A stretch of DNA of 64,000 nt from an uncultured virus (IMG/VR IMGVR_UViG_3300009036_000501). Its lineage: Duplodnaviria; Heunggongvirae; Uroviricota; Caudoviricetes. The stretch lies in the IMG/VR virus record IMGVR_UViG_3300009036_000501; one strand, 5' to 3'. Positions within the stretch are counted from its first letter, which is position 1, and each line of letters starts with the position of its first letter. Both the position numbers and the translations under genes were made by a program. Shown piece after piece: positions 25,075-34,925 of this stretch. The notes beneath the pieces were generated by a model that saw nothing but the letters and a program-made list of their open reading frames with translations, searched no databases and was not told where the DNA came from.

Positions 25075-25896
25075 ATGCCAAGTTTGGCTAGAGGTGTCGA
25101 AATTTTACAGAGCAGAACATGCGATTCTATGAAGGATGGACTAAAAGTGTTTGTTACACCAAGCAGCATTCTCATGTATTATGAGAAAAAAGAAATCCTA
25201 CAATCTGATATCTTTGACTCTGCTACCTTCTCTAGGGAAGATGTCGAAAAAGGAATACATACTTTCAATGGAATGAAGGCATCGGATGCTATAAGGTCCG
25301 GAAACCCTATTTTAGAAGTGCTTGCGCTTTTGGACATAAAAACAGGTAAGCGGACTTTAGATGCCTTTGGTAAAGAAATATCATCCAAGCACCTAGGTGT
25401 ACAAAAAGTGTACAATGTGCGTACTCAAGCCGAAGATAGAAGGAGAAGGACTAATGTGGTTAATGCGTTTTTTAAGTCAAAAAACACTGTAGAGAGGCAA
25501 ATAAGCAATCTGGCACACAGCCCTTTTGTGATTGACGGGAGAGAGTGTGCCTCGATCGAAGGGTTCTACCAAGGAATAAAACGTGCTGGAATGGACATCC
25601 AAGACCATGTTTTTGCTACATTCGGTATGAATGCTAAGAAACAATCCAAACCAACAAAGCATGTGTACTTTGGGGATTTTGTGTATGAGATTGGTAGTGA
25701 TGAACATCATGAACTAATATATAAAGCACAGTTATGCAAATACACTCAGCACCAAGGGTCAAGAGAGGCCCTATTGTCTACCGGCAACGCGAGGATTACG
25801 CATAAAGCGGGCAGAGACAGTGAATTTTACCCTGCTAGAGTGTATTGCAGACATTTAACCCAAATACGATCATTGTTACAAAAAGGTAGATTATGA
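25075..25896 (+). CDS. Protein with C-terminal NADAR-like (T4 gp30.3-type) domain
   Basis: SNLAHSPFVIDG...SIEGFYQGIK and ALLSTG...ITH motifs. Confidence 0.65.
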   Translation: MPSLARGVEILQSRTCDSMKDGLKVFVTPSSILMYYEKKEILQSDIFDSATFSREDVEKGIHTFNGMKASDAIRSGNPILEVLALLDIKTGKRTLDAFGKEISSKHLGVQKVYNVRTQAEDRRRRTNVVNAFFKSKNTVERQISNLAHSPFVIDGRECASIEGFYQGIKRAGMDIQDHVFATFGMNAKKQSKPTKHVYFGDFVYEIGSDEHHELIYKAQLCKYTQHQGSREALLSTGNARITHKAGRDSEFYPARVYCRHLTQIRSLLQKGRL

Positions 25897-25995
25897 CCTA
25901 GCCATATAGCATGAATAAGGGGATCCGCAGACAGCAGATCCCCTTATTTCTATATTCCCATCGGTTAACCAGACCATCCTTTCTTTTGAGTCTCG

Positions 25996-26739
25996 TTAAA
26001 GGCGCGTCTCTGAAGCTACTTTTCCGTTTTTCGCTCGTATATCCTCCTTTGCACCTCTCTCTATAAGTTTTTTAATGGTGTCCATTTCCTTGTACATATA
26101 AGCAAGATGCAGCGGGGTGAATCCATCTTTATCCTGAGCGTTAATATCAACATTATAAGAGATGAGGATATCAAGTAATTCCGGGATTCCACAAACACCA
26201 ACTATATGCATCAAATTTTGCTCTCTGTTATCAAGTGCATGCACATCGGCCCCATTACTAACCAAGAGATCTATAAAAGCAGGAATACCTTCTTTACGTG
26301 CTCTGACAAGGGAGGCATGCAGCGGGGTGCTCCCGTCAAGATCTTTTGCGTTGACCTCCGCTCCATACTTAAGCAACGTATGAGTAATTTCGATGTCATC
26401 TATCGTGGCCGCCTCATGGAGGAGAGTGCTCCTACGATCTCCACGAATGTTTACATTGGCCCCTTGCTCGATTAGTGCTTTAGCCAGTCTAGGACTACCA
26501 CTGATCATAGCATAGGTCAATGCTCTCACACCAGAATCAGATGTTGCTTCTGGGTTTGCACCAGCATCCAATACATGGATACCCACTTCTACGTATCCAT
26601 TAATAGCACAGTATGTTAGAGGGTTATGACCATATAGCTCATCAGTCGTAGCATTTATATCCTCTAAATCAGTGAGAGCAAGTATATACCCGAGAGTATC
26701 ACTTTTTTCAATATTTTCTAGGAACATTGTTATAGACAT
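25996..26739 (-). CDS. Ankyrin repeat protein
   Basis: TLLHEAA...GAEVNAKD, GSTPLH, GFTPLH repeats. Confidence 0.9.
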   Translation of the reverse strand: MSITMFLENIEKSDTLGYILALTDLEDINATTDELYGHNPLTYCAINGYVEVGIHVLDAGANPEATSDSGVRALTYAMISGSPRLAKALIEQGANVNIRGDRRSTLLHEAATIDDIEITHTLLKYGAEVNAKDLDGSTPLHASLVRARKEGIPAFIDLLVSNGADVHALDNREQNLMHIVGVCGIPELLDILISYNVDINAQDKDGFTPLHLAYMYKEMDTIKKLIERGAKEDIRAKNGKVASETRL

Positions 26740-26930
26740 TTGCAGACACTCCTTACACATATTTATATAGTGATTGTATCATACATAATGCATGTGTTAC
26801 AAGACTGTCACAAAGCTCCCAAGCTCGCTTATTGCCTCTATGTATCGTATGGAAGTGAATATCGCCTACAAATTAAAAAAAGAAGGAGTATGCTCTACTC
26901 CTCCTTTTTTTATTCCAATAGATTTAGTCT

Positions 26931-27365
26931 TCAGATTTCTTCAAATTTCTGCCCAAACGTGAGGTTTATGTTGTTGACTTCTTCCGCTTCTACATTAATT
27001 CCGGATTTCTGTAAGAACCCCATAAGAGCATCCACCACTAATCTTCCCTGAGTGCCACTCATATGAGGCAGGTACATCGTACCAGAACCGAAGAAGACAC
27101 CGCCTGTTTCGGATTCTACTACTGTTTGCAGGGGAAAAGAACCAGTGTCTGTATGCACATTATACTCGACAAAGTCAAATGTACCGTGATCAAAATTGAT
27201 TTCATCTGCGTATTTCTCTTCAATGCTTTCCACATGGTTAAAAGCTACTTTTTGCCCAAACAAACCGTTTTTATCCATCTGGATTTGGTTTCTCAAGAAA
27301 ACTGAGAGTTGTTCTTTCTCCTTAAGGGACAATGACTGAATTTGCTCTTTGAGTTTTTCTAACAT
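26931..27365 (-). CDS. Hypothetical protein
   Basis: 144-aa ORF, AAGGAG RBS. Confidence 0.65.
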   Translation of the reverse strand: MLEKLKEQIQSLSLKEKEQLSVFLRNQIQMDKNGLFGQKVAFNHVESIEEKYADEINFDHGTFDFVEYNVHTDTGSFPLQTVVESETGGVFFGSGTMYLPHMSGTQGRLVVDALMGFLQKSGINVEAEEVNNINLTFGQKFEEI

Positions 27366-27401
27366 TAGTGTACACTCCTTTAAATTTGCATATAGGTTTT
27401 T

Positions 27402-27749
27402 TCAAGACTTTTGTTTTAAGTACGCTAGACAAAAAATGTATGCTGCTTCATAAATAGCTGAGCTAATAAAGTATTCTGCACCCTCATGTCGGTTGTCACG
27501 CATATATGCCTCTGGTGGATAATCATAGACATTCTGCATTACCTCCATGAGAGGAAATCCTGCTATTATGTCTGCACTCGCTGGACTGACAACTTCGTCA
27601 TCATAGTTTGGACAACCATCCCCGTCTACAAAGTCATTCGGGTACTTGGCCTCAATAGAAGCAATATACTCTGGCGTAATCAAGTGGCTGTAAGGTGCAA
27701 CATACTCCCAACCATCCACCTCTTTTACTACTTTTTCATCCCAAGACAT
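27402..27749 (-). CDS. Acidic hypothetical protein
   Basis: AAGGAG RBS before MSWDEK. Confidence 0.65.
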   Translation of the reverse strand: MSWDEKVVKEVDGWEYVAPYSHLITPEYIASIEAKYPNDFVDGDGCPNYDDEVVSPASADIIAGFPLMEVMQNVYDYPPEAYMRDNRHEGAEYFISSAIYEAAYIFCLAYLKQKS

Positions 27750-27901
27750 GACTAAACACTCCTTACGTATTTTTATGACTAAAGTATAACACAAGGGGTC
27801 ATTAGTGCACAATTCTGTATACCTGTATGTAACCGCTAATTTGGGTTGCACCATTAAGAAAAATAGAAAAGGCGACTAGAACTAGTCTAGTCGCTATTCC
27901 T

Positions 27902-28288
27902 TTAGTGCATCCAATATTTCTCTGCATGTTTCAGTAGGGTTTTTACAGTATCACCATACCTATGTGGCACATATAGATATGTGATAGGATCTTCTTTAGT
28001 TATTACCCGTACATTTTGTGCAGCATCCATGAAACCAACCACTAAAAGACTGCTTCCTTCCTTTAGGCCAACGACCACATCATCCTTTTGCATAGCAGCT
28101 TCCCACCCAGGCAACTTGACAGAGTAGGCACTGGATCTTCCCCTATATACACCCTTGAAATGTTTGTGTCCCACTTCAATTTCTGTTACAGACATACGCC
28201 GAACTATCGCCACCAGTAATATGCTCACCATCACTACCACACTAGCCATACCTAAAAATAATACTACTGTTCCCAGTATTGATAACAT
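27902..28288 (-). CDS. Membrane-anchored hypothetical protein
   Basis: N-terminal TM helix, AAGGAG RBS. Confidence 0.65.
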   Translation of the reverse strand: MLSILGTVVLFLGMASVVVMVSILLVAIVRRMSVTEIEVGHKHFKGVYRGRSSAYSVKLPGWEAAMQKDDVVVGLKEGSSLLVVGFMDAAQNVRVITKEDPITYLYVPHRYGDTVKTLLKHAEKYWMH

Positions 28289-28448
28289 TTAAAAACACTC
28301 CTTACATACATTTGTAAAATAATTATACCATATATAATGCAAGCATCACAAGACTGTCACAGCATTCTAAGTGTACGTCATACCTTGCCGAACAGCGTGT
28401 GAGCATGTTTTAATTAGTTAAACAACACATAATATGGAGGACTAATCA

Positions 28449-29276
28449 ATGTCTCGTACAAATTTGCTAAACGTCAAGGAACAAAACGACAGAATATTTG
28501 CTGATGGTGATTATGTAGTAAATGGGCGTGTGAAAAATATCCGTAAGGGTATGGAAGCTTCTGTGAAATCAACAGTTACATATACACCAGATGAATTGAG
28601 TCAGCTTCAAGTTAGTGAAAGCACAGCAACCACTACAATTAAGGTAAACAATCTGTCTACCTTTGAAGCAGCTAGGAAACTTGCAGAAGAAGGCTATAAG
28701 AATATTACATGCCTGAATTTCGCATCTGCGACAACTCCAGGTGGCGGATACGTGAAAGGGTCACGGGCGCAAGAAGAAGATCTTTGTCGTTGTTCGACAC
28801 TTTACCCTACACTGAATGAGAATATGTCCTTGTACCAACACAATCGGCGCAAGAGATACCCGATTTACTCCGACCATATGATCTTTTCTCCCAATGTTAC
28901 AGTATTTCGTGATGGCCGTTACAATTTGTTGTCGCTACCATTTACAGTCAATGTAATTACATCCGCAGCCGTAAATATGCGAGTGGCTCGTGCACATAAT
29001 GTGAGTGCAGAAGATGTGGCCACTGCTATGTACAAACGCATCAAAAAGGTGCTTTTGTTAGGCCTGCATCATGGCAGTGACGCCATTGTACTAGGCGCCT
29101 TTGGTTGTGGTGTATTCGAAAATGATCCTTCCACAATAGCAGATATCTTCCGCAGACTCTTGATGGAAGACGAACAAATCAGAGGTAAGTATAAGAATGT
29201 AACTTTTGCTGTTCTAGATAAAGACATGAAAGGTGCAAACTATTTGGCCTTTGATAAGGTGTTCGGTACACTTTAG
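28449..29276 (+). CDS. TIGR02452/DUF2263 PARG-like macrodomain protein
   Basis: LNFASATTPGGG...AQEEDLCR and LGAFGCGVF motifs. Confidence 0.9.
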   Translation: MSRTNLLNVKEQNDRIFADGDYVVNGRVKNIRKGMEASVKSTVTYTPDELSQLQVSESTATTTIKVNNLSTFEAARKLAEEGYKNITCLNFASATTPGGGYVKGSRAQEEDLCRCSTLYPTLNENMSLYQHNRRKRYPIYSDHMIFSPNVTVFRDGRYNLLSLPFTVNVITSAAVNMRVARAHNVSAEDVATAMYKRIKKVLLLGLHHGSDAIVLGAFGCGVFENDPSTIADIFRRLLMEDEQIRGKYKNVTFAVLDKDMKGANYLAFDKVFGTL

Positions 29277-29438
29277 AAGCAGTGGGAGGAAATGCATTTT
29301 CGGATGGCTCTGATAGATTAGAAGAAGGCGACTAGATACATCTGGTCGCCTTCTTGTGTTGCCAAAGATATATAAGTGCTAGCTTATGGGCAGTCGGGGC
29401 CCCGTTTTTGTTTTGGAGTATAAAAAAAAGGAGAGTTC

Positions 29439-29639
29439 TCACTCTCCTTTTGTCTTTAATATTGATTTGTATGCTCCTCTATATGATGTGATTCTCATGT
29501 AAGTTGTGTTATGTTTATTATCTTTTTTAGAAACTACCATATACAGTGAGTATACTCCAGCTATAGCCAACAGACCTGCAACCCCTACAACGCCAAAGAT
29601 TGTAAGATACGTGAACAATTCTACCACTTTCATATACAC
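29439..29639 (-). CDS. Small membrane protein
   Basis: Single TM helix, AAGGAG RBS. Confidence 0.55.
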   Translation of the reverse strand: MYMKVVELFTYLTIFGVVGVAGLLAIAGVYSLYMVVSKKDNKHNTTYMRITSYRGAYKSILKTKGE

Positions 29640-29864
29640 ACACTCCTTAGATTTAGTATATCCTTATAGACAAGTTATTTTACTCTATTTTAATCCTGAT
29701 TCCTTTTGTCGGCAATAATTGGAGAAGAGGTTGTTATATAAGTGAAAAATATGCTTTTTTGTAAATAAAGAAATATAAGCAACATTCTTGGCTATTGTTG
29801 CTATATGGGGTGGATTGACAACTGTAAGTAGTAGATGATAAACTACATTATGAACATTGAACTT

Positions 29865-29937
29865 GCCTCTATAGCCAAGTGGAAAAGGCACTAGTTTCCT
29901 AAACTGGGACGCGTATGTTCGAATCATACTGGGGGCG
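29865..29937 (+). tRNA. tRNA-Arg(CCT), stand-alone
   Basis: GCCTCTA/TGGGGGC, TT-CCT-AA, TTGACA upstream and hairpin terminator downstream. Confidence 0.88.
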
Positions 29938-30007
29938 TTTGGGAAAGAGGTGCGGGCGACTGCATCTCTTTTCTCTATATCTGGCTAAGATGAAGGGATT
30001 GAACAAA

Positions 30008-30541
30008 ATGTATATAATTTTCGATCTAGAGGCCACTTGCTGGCGTGAAGACAAAAGTAAACAGAATGAAACAATAGAAATTGGAGCGGTAAAAGTCAAT
30101 AAACACGGACTTATTGTAGGTACGTTTGAGACTTTTGTGAAGCCCTCCATTCATCCTACACTTTCTACATTCTGCACGGAATTAACGACCATCACACAGA
30201 AGGATGTAGACAATGCGGATACTTTCCCAGAAGCAATAAAAAAATTTCGGGATTGGATGGGTGCAGAATACACCCTATGTTCCTGGGGAGAATACGACCG
30301 GAAGCAATTGATCCGAGACTGTGCCTTACATGGCTTAGAGAGTTCTTGGGCAACAAGGCACGTAAGTCTGAAACACCAGTGGATGGATCAGTACAAAATA
30401 TCGAAAAAGAAGGCTGGTATGGGTCACGCTTTGCGTTTTTACAACATAAAACTTGATGGTACACACCACAGAGGAATTGATGACGCCAAAAATATTACAA
30501 AGATCTTTTTAGCTAACTTTGAGAACTGGAAATGGGGGTAG
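30008..30541 (+). CDS. DEDDh 3'-5' exonuclease (ERI-1/KapD-like)
   Basis: FDLEAT, WGEYD, HHRGIDDA motifs. Confidence 0.9.
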   Translation: MYIIFDLEATCWREDKSKQNETIEIGAVKVNKHGLIVGTFETFVKPSIHPTLSTFCTELTTITQKDVDNADTFPEAIKKFRDWMGAEYTLCSWGEYDRKQLIRDCALHGLESSWATRHVSLKHQWMDQYKISKKKAGMGHALRFYNIKLDGTHHRGIDDAKNITKIFLANFENWKWG

Positions 30542-30546
30542 GGCCT

Positions 30547-30705
30547 ATGAGCATCTCTGACAAGCAACAACTGCTGGATCGTCTGCTTTCTGCAGAAAGT
30601 GTAGAGGACTTGAAGCCAATATTAGCATCTATAATTCAAAGTTTGCCAACAGACATCGATGACGACCATTTAGATGAGCTTGGCAATATAGCACATGGTG
30701 AATGA
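30547..30705 (+). CDS. Small hypothetical protein (52 aa)
   Basis: Open frame directly after exonuclease. Confidence 0.4.
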   Translation: MSISDKQQLLDRLLSAESVEDLKPILASIIQSLPTDIDDDHLDELGNIAHGE

Positions 30706-30913
30706 TCATTATGCGCTTGAGACCATTCCATTGTGTCACAAACACAGTTGTTTATATCATTCCATATTCACGACCACCCAGAGGGATCATCGAACAATGA
30801 ACACTATTGTATCTAGAACCGCAGAAATGCCCTAGAAACACCATATAATGCGTCTTGACTCTAGGTATATGGTATGATGTAAGTATGCAAGATAATGTAA
30901 GGAGTGTAGTAGA

Positions 30914-31492
30914 ATGACAAGAGATGCGAATCTCATTCCACAAGCAGAAGTAGAGCGAAGATTGGGTATAGGGCCGAGAAAATTGTTATCTATGGAAATG
31001 GAGCCTGCATTCCCTAACCGTGAAGTCATACTAGACGGTGTAGCCTATTGGTGCGAGATTGACATAGAAGCATATTTGCAAAAGGTGCGTAAACAGGCAG
31101 GGGTTAGTAATCCCAAAGATTTTAAGGCCTCCTACATGAACGAGACATATCAGAAATTCCAAGATCCTGTGGCCATAAAAATGATGGGAGATATCAAGAT
31201 TGAGTATTGGCGCGAACGTGGAGACAAGCGTCTAGATGTTTCACCCGAGGATCTGAGGAATGCGCTGAAAGATGTATTTGCGGAACGGGTGGATGGGGTA
31301 CTACGTGACATAACGATAATGTCAATGTATGCAAAAAAGTACACCATAGATTACTCTTTTTTGTGGTCTGTTCTCAAGGTGGTAGTTGCCCGTCGAAATG
31401 TGGGTTCTACGCTTGAGGAAAGCTTATATGCCACTATTGATGAGTTTTTATCGACCATGGGTAGTAGTATAAGAAAAGGAGCCCTTAATTAG
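30914..31492 (+). CDS. Hypothetical protein with AlpA/excisionase-like N-terminus
   Basis: LI..EVERRLGI...FP....L....YW...DIEAYL pattern. Confidence 0.55.
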   Translation: MTRDANLIPQAEVERRLGIGPRKLLSMEMEPAFPNREVILDGVAYWCEIDIEAYLQKVRKQAGVSNPKDFKASYMNETYQKFQDPVAIKMMGDIKIEYWRERGDKRLDVSPEDLRNALKDVFAERVDGVLRDITIMSMYAKKYTIDYSFLWSVLKVVVARRNVGSTLEESLYATIDEFLSTMGSSIRKGALN

Positions 31493-31989
31493 GCTCCTTT
31501 TTTCATATCCTTTTCTACTTGAAGTATGCAATCCTCAAATCCACCAACAACAACTTTGCATGCCATTCCTAACATCAAATTGACTGGAAAATCAAAGTCC
31601 TCCACGACATGACCTTCTGTATCATAGTAGATCCCATCTACATCCGTAGAGCTCTGTTTGTGAATAAGGGGACGGTTATCAGACACATACCCATACACTT
31701 TTTTGCCTAGGGCAGTAGCATATCCGACTTCAAAGCATGTACCGGAATCGGGCTCGGCGCCTCTAAAGCTGTCCAAGCATGCTACTACAATGTCTGCCTC
31801 TTGCATGAGTTGCAAGTTCCCACCGTATATTTGCAAAGCCATTTCCCCTTTAGTGCGAGCTATAACTTCATTGTCCATAGGAAAAAAGCCTACCAACCCA
31901 TGCTGTTTACATATGTCTTTCATTTGTTCTCCCTTTTCTTTTGCATCCACATGAAATACTGTCGGTCCTGCGATATAAACTTTTTGCAT
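31489..31989 (-). CDS. Nucleoside 2-deoxyribosyltransferase
   Basis: YIAGP, DSGTCFEVGY, NLM motifs. Confidence 0.9.
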   Translation of the reverse strand: MQKVYIAGPTVFHVDAKEKGEQMKDICKQHGLVGFFPMDNEVIARTKGEMALQIYGGNLQLMQEADIVVACLDSFRGAEPDSGTCFEVGYATALGKKVYGYVSDNRPLIHKQSSTDVDGIYYDTEGHVVEDFDFPVNLMLGMACKVVVGGFEDCILQVEKDMKKGA

Positions 31990-32001
31990 ATATTATCCCC
32001 C

Positions 32002-33738
32002 TCAATTGTATTTAATATTGATGTGCTTATTATTTACTACATCAAATAGGCCTGTATCCGTTATTTTTAAGGCTGGTATCACGGGCAATGCCAAAAAAGA
32101 AAGAGCTAGCATTGTGTCACTTCCATTGGCAACACCAAGCGCGTTTAATGTAGAATTGAAGCAATCGATATCGCTTAAAGTCTTCTCATACGGGAAATGG
32201 GACATTAGCCCGGCAATGGGCAATTCTACAAAGGCCAGAATCTCTCCGTTTTGCACAGCGACCATACCGCCACCTATTTCTTTCAGGTAGTTCGCAGCCA
32301 AAGCCATATCAGGATCATCCATACCCAACACAACTACATTGTGAGAGTCGTGAGCTATTGTAGTAGCTATAGCCCCGTGTGTCAATTTCAACCCCTCTAC
32401 TATCCCTAGGCCAATGTTACCTGTCCCCTTATGTCTCTCTATGACTGCGACCTTGGCTTGGCTCTCTTTAGCGGATGGCATAAACAGGCCATCATGAACT
32501 TGTACAGCCCTCACTAGATGCTGAGTTACTAAACTCCCTTCGACATATCCGATGATGTTAGCTTTGGTTTCCGTATTTATTGAGTCTTCTGATGTTAAAT
32601 GAATGGCAAAATCTGCCGGTGTTAGTTCATTAAGCACGATAGAATTGCCGATATCTTCTGATCTTGGAACTTCTGTCACCAGACGACCCTCTTCGTAGAC
32701 AACAACACCATTTTTCACAACCATTCTTGGCTGGATATTTCTCAGGTTGTCAAATATAACCAAGTCAGCGTCAAAACCCGGTGCCACAGCACCTTTGGAA
32801 AGGCCAAAGCATTCGGCAGGGTTAAGGGTAACTAATTGAATAGCCTGTAAGGGATCCATACCCTTGGCAATAGCTAAATTTACAATGTAGTCAACGCTAC
32901 CGTGTTCTAGTAGCTCTGCCAAGTGGTTGTCGTCTGTAACAAACATACACCGTCTGGCATTGGCTGATGTTACCGCAGGCAATAAGGCGTCCAAGTTTTT
33001 TGCTACCGAACCTTCTCGGATCATTAAATACATGCCCCTCCGGAGCCTCTCTTTAGCTTCCGACGCTGTGATACACTCGTGGTCGGTCTTTATGCCCGCT
33101 GTAGCGTAAACATTTAGGACTGTGTTATCTGCCCCTGCAGCATGACCATCAATGCGTTTTTCGTATCTGTGGGCCTGATCAAGTTTAGATACCATGGAGT
33201 CGACGCCTAAGCAAACCGAAGAAGAGTCCATGACCTCCGCCAACCCGAGCACACGAGGGTGGGTGTAATACCGCTCCAGATCGGAAGCCTCTAGAACAGC
33301 CCCTGAATTCTCAAAGGGCGTGCAAGGTACACACGAGGGTAACATGAAAAACACATCAAGGGGGAGACCCTCGGAGTCGGCTAACATATAATCAAGTCCC
33401 TGTGTACCCATAACATTTGCTATTTCATGCGGGTCAGTCACCACGGAAGTGACACCATGGGGTACTACCACCTTGGCAAACTCCCGTGGTGTGACTAGAG
33501 AAGACTCAATATGTACATGGGCGTCTATGAACCCTGGGGACACATATTGTCCAGTAAGGTCAATCTCCTTGTGTCCTGAGTATTCCCCAACACCTACAAT
33601 CTTGCCTTCAAATATTGCGATGTCTGCGGTATATATTTCCAAGTTTAAAACATCCACTACATGGGCATTTTTTAGCACCAGATCCGGTTCCACTTTACCC
33701 TGTGCAGCCAGCATTTGTTGTCTCATGTGTTTCCTCAT
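32002..33738 (-). CDS. ade: Adenine deaminase
   Basis: PGFIDAHVHIES, DPHEIANV, DGHA, TDD, AHDSHN motifs. Confidence 0.93.
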   Translation of the reverse strand: MRKHMRQQMLAAQGKVEPDLVLKNAHVVDVLNLEIYTADIAIFEGKIVGVGEYSGHKEIDLTGQYVSPGFIDAHVHIESSLVTPREFAKVVVPHGVTSVVTDPHEIANVMGTQGLDYMLADSEGLPLDVFFMLPSCVPCTPFENSGAVLEASDLERYYTHPRVLGLAEVMDSSSVCLGVDSMVSKLDQAHRYEKRIDGHAAGADNTVLNVYATAGIKTDHECITASEAKERLRRGMYLMIREGSVAKNLDALLPAVTSANARRCMFVTDDNHLAELLEHGSVDYIVNLAIAKGMDPLQAIQLVTLNPAECFGLSKGAVAPGFDADLVIFDNLRNIQPRMVVKNGVVVYEEGRLVTEVPRSEDIGNSIVLNELTPADFAIHLTSEDSINTETKANIIGYVEGSLVTQHLVRAVQVHDGLFMPSAKESQAKVAVIERHKGTGNIGLGIVEGLKLTHGAIATTIAHDSHNVVVLGMDDPDMALAANYLKEIGGGMVAVQNGEILAFVELPIAGLMSHFPYEKTLSDIDCFNSTLNALGVANGSDTMLALSFLALPVIPALKITDTGLFDVVNNKHINIKYN

Positions 33739-33914
33739 TTCCTTAGTCTATTGGAGAACAAATTTTCAATCCTCGCGGGTATATGAAAAGCGAGATACCT
33801 AAATTGCTCGATAAGCATGAAGTCAGAGATATACCGTACTCGATAACAAACAAGATACATAAAAGATATGTACGCAAGTTTTGTTACCAGTAAAGTCATA
33901 TTAACCACCACCTA

Positions 33915-34289
33915 TCAATCATCTGTGTATTCCACAAGTAATTCTACCGGTTCTCCAGCACCTATTATCCTAGAGAAAAAGTGTAGATTGTCGTTTCGTA
34001 TGAACCAGTCATGTGTTTTGTCTTCCAAAAAGACATTAACACCATGCACAAGTTGTGAGTCCTCAAGAGAACAAGGACTCTTTGTGCCTGTCTCTTTATC
34101 TGTTTGTGTCAGTAGCCCGTCCATTGAGAGTATACTCCAGATACGGAGTATCCTTACCGATTGAAGCCCAAGCTCTGCAAGAGGCCGTACTGATACATTG
34201 CGCATATCGGATAGTATTAGTCTTTTTGGCTTACCCATTTGACCATCTCCTCTATCATTATTATACCATATTACACACGTATACGTCAA
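33915..34289 (-). CDS. Hypothetical protein (start probably at MGKPK)
   Basis: ORF with AGGAG RBS. Confidence 0.55.
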   Translation of the reverse strand: MTYTCVIWYNNDRGDGQMGKPKRLILSDMRNVSVRPLAELGLQSVRILRIWSILSMDGLLTQTDKETGTKSPCSLEDSQLVHGVNVFLEDKTHDWFIRNDNLHFFSRIIGAGEPVELLVEYTDD

Positions 34290-34381
34290 AGGTATCTACC
34301 TCCTTGTCCCGACTAGATTGACGGATCTTTGACACCTATGTTATGATAATACAGTTATAATGTATATCGTGCAGGGCTACT

Positions 34382-34834
34382 ATGACACAGCCGAAGGAGG
34401 TATATTTTGTGGAAACGTACATAGTAAATACAGATGCTTCTTCACGATATGGCTCGAGCACTAAAGCACGTAAGAGGAATCTGCATCCTTCATCAATAGG
34501 TGTAGTTATTAAAAAAGGTAATGATGTAGTAGGCACATTATCCAAAAGGGTGGGAATGCAAGACTCTAACTATGCTGAATTCTTGGCCATGCATGCTGCG
34601 TGCAAGTTCTTGTTAGAACAAGGAGTGAAAAAGGTTCATTTCAATGTGGACTGTATTAACCTTTCCATTATGGCTAATCAGCACTTAGTGAGCAACAAAC
34701 CAAGATTGAGAAGCATATCAAATGCCATACTCCATATGCTAGGTGAATTTGATAAGTATACCATAACTTATGTGCCAAGGAGAGAAAATGCAGAGGCACA
34801 TAAAATGGCGAGATTAGCTTTCAAAGTCGTATGA
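34382..34834 (+). CDS. Ribonuclease HI-like protein
   Basis: TDAS, SNYAE, VD, YVPRRENAEAHKMA motifs. Confidence 0.8.
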   Translation: MTQPKEVYFVETYIVNTDASSRYGSSTKARKRNLHPSSIGVVIKKGNDVVGTLSKRVGMQDSNYAEFLAMHAACKFLLEQGVKKVHFNVDCINLSIMANQHLVSNKPRLRSISNAILHMLGEFDKYTITYVPRRENAEAHKMARLAFKVV

Positions 34835-34925
34835 AGGGCACCTCTGGATACGAGATGCCCTCTTTCTTTGTATGTATTGACCCCTAGGGTTATCCTAAGC
34901 TATAATGAGGGAGAGGTGATATTGC

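Noticed and set aside
33740..33870. Purine or SAM riboswitch upstream of ade
   Set aside because: Only a repeated TTATCGAG is present; the conserved aptamer cores were not found.
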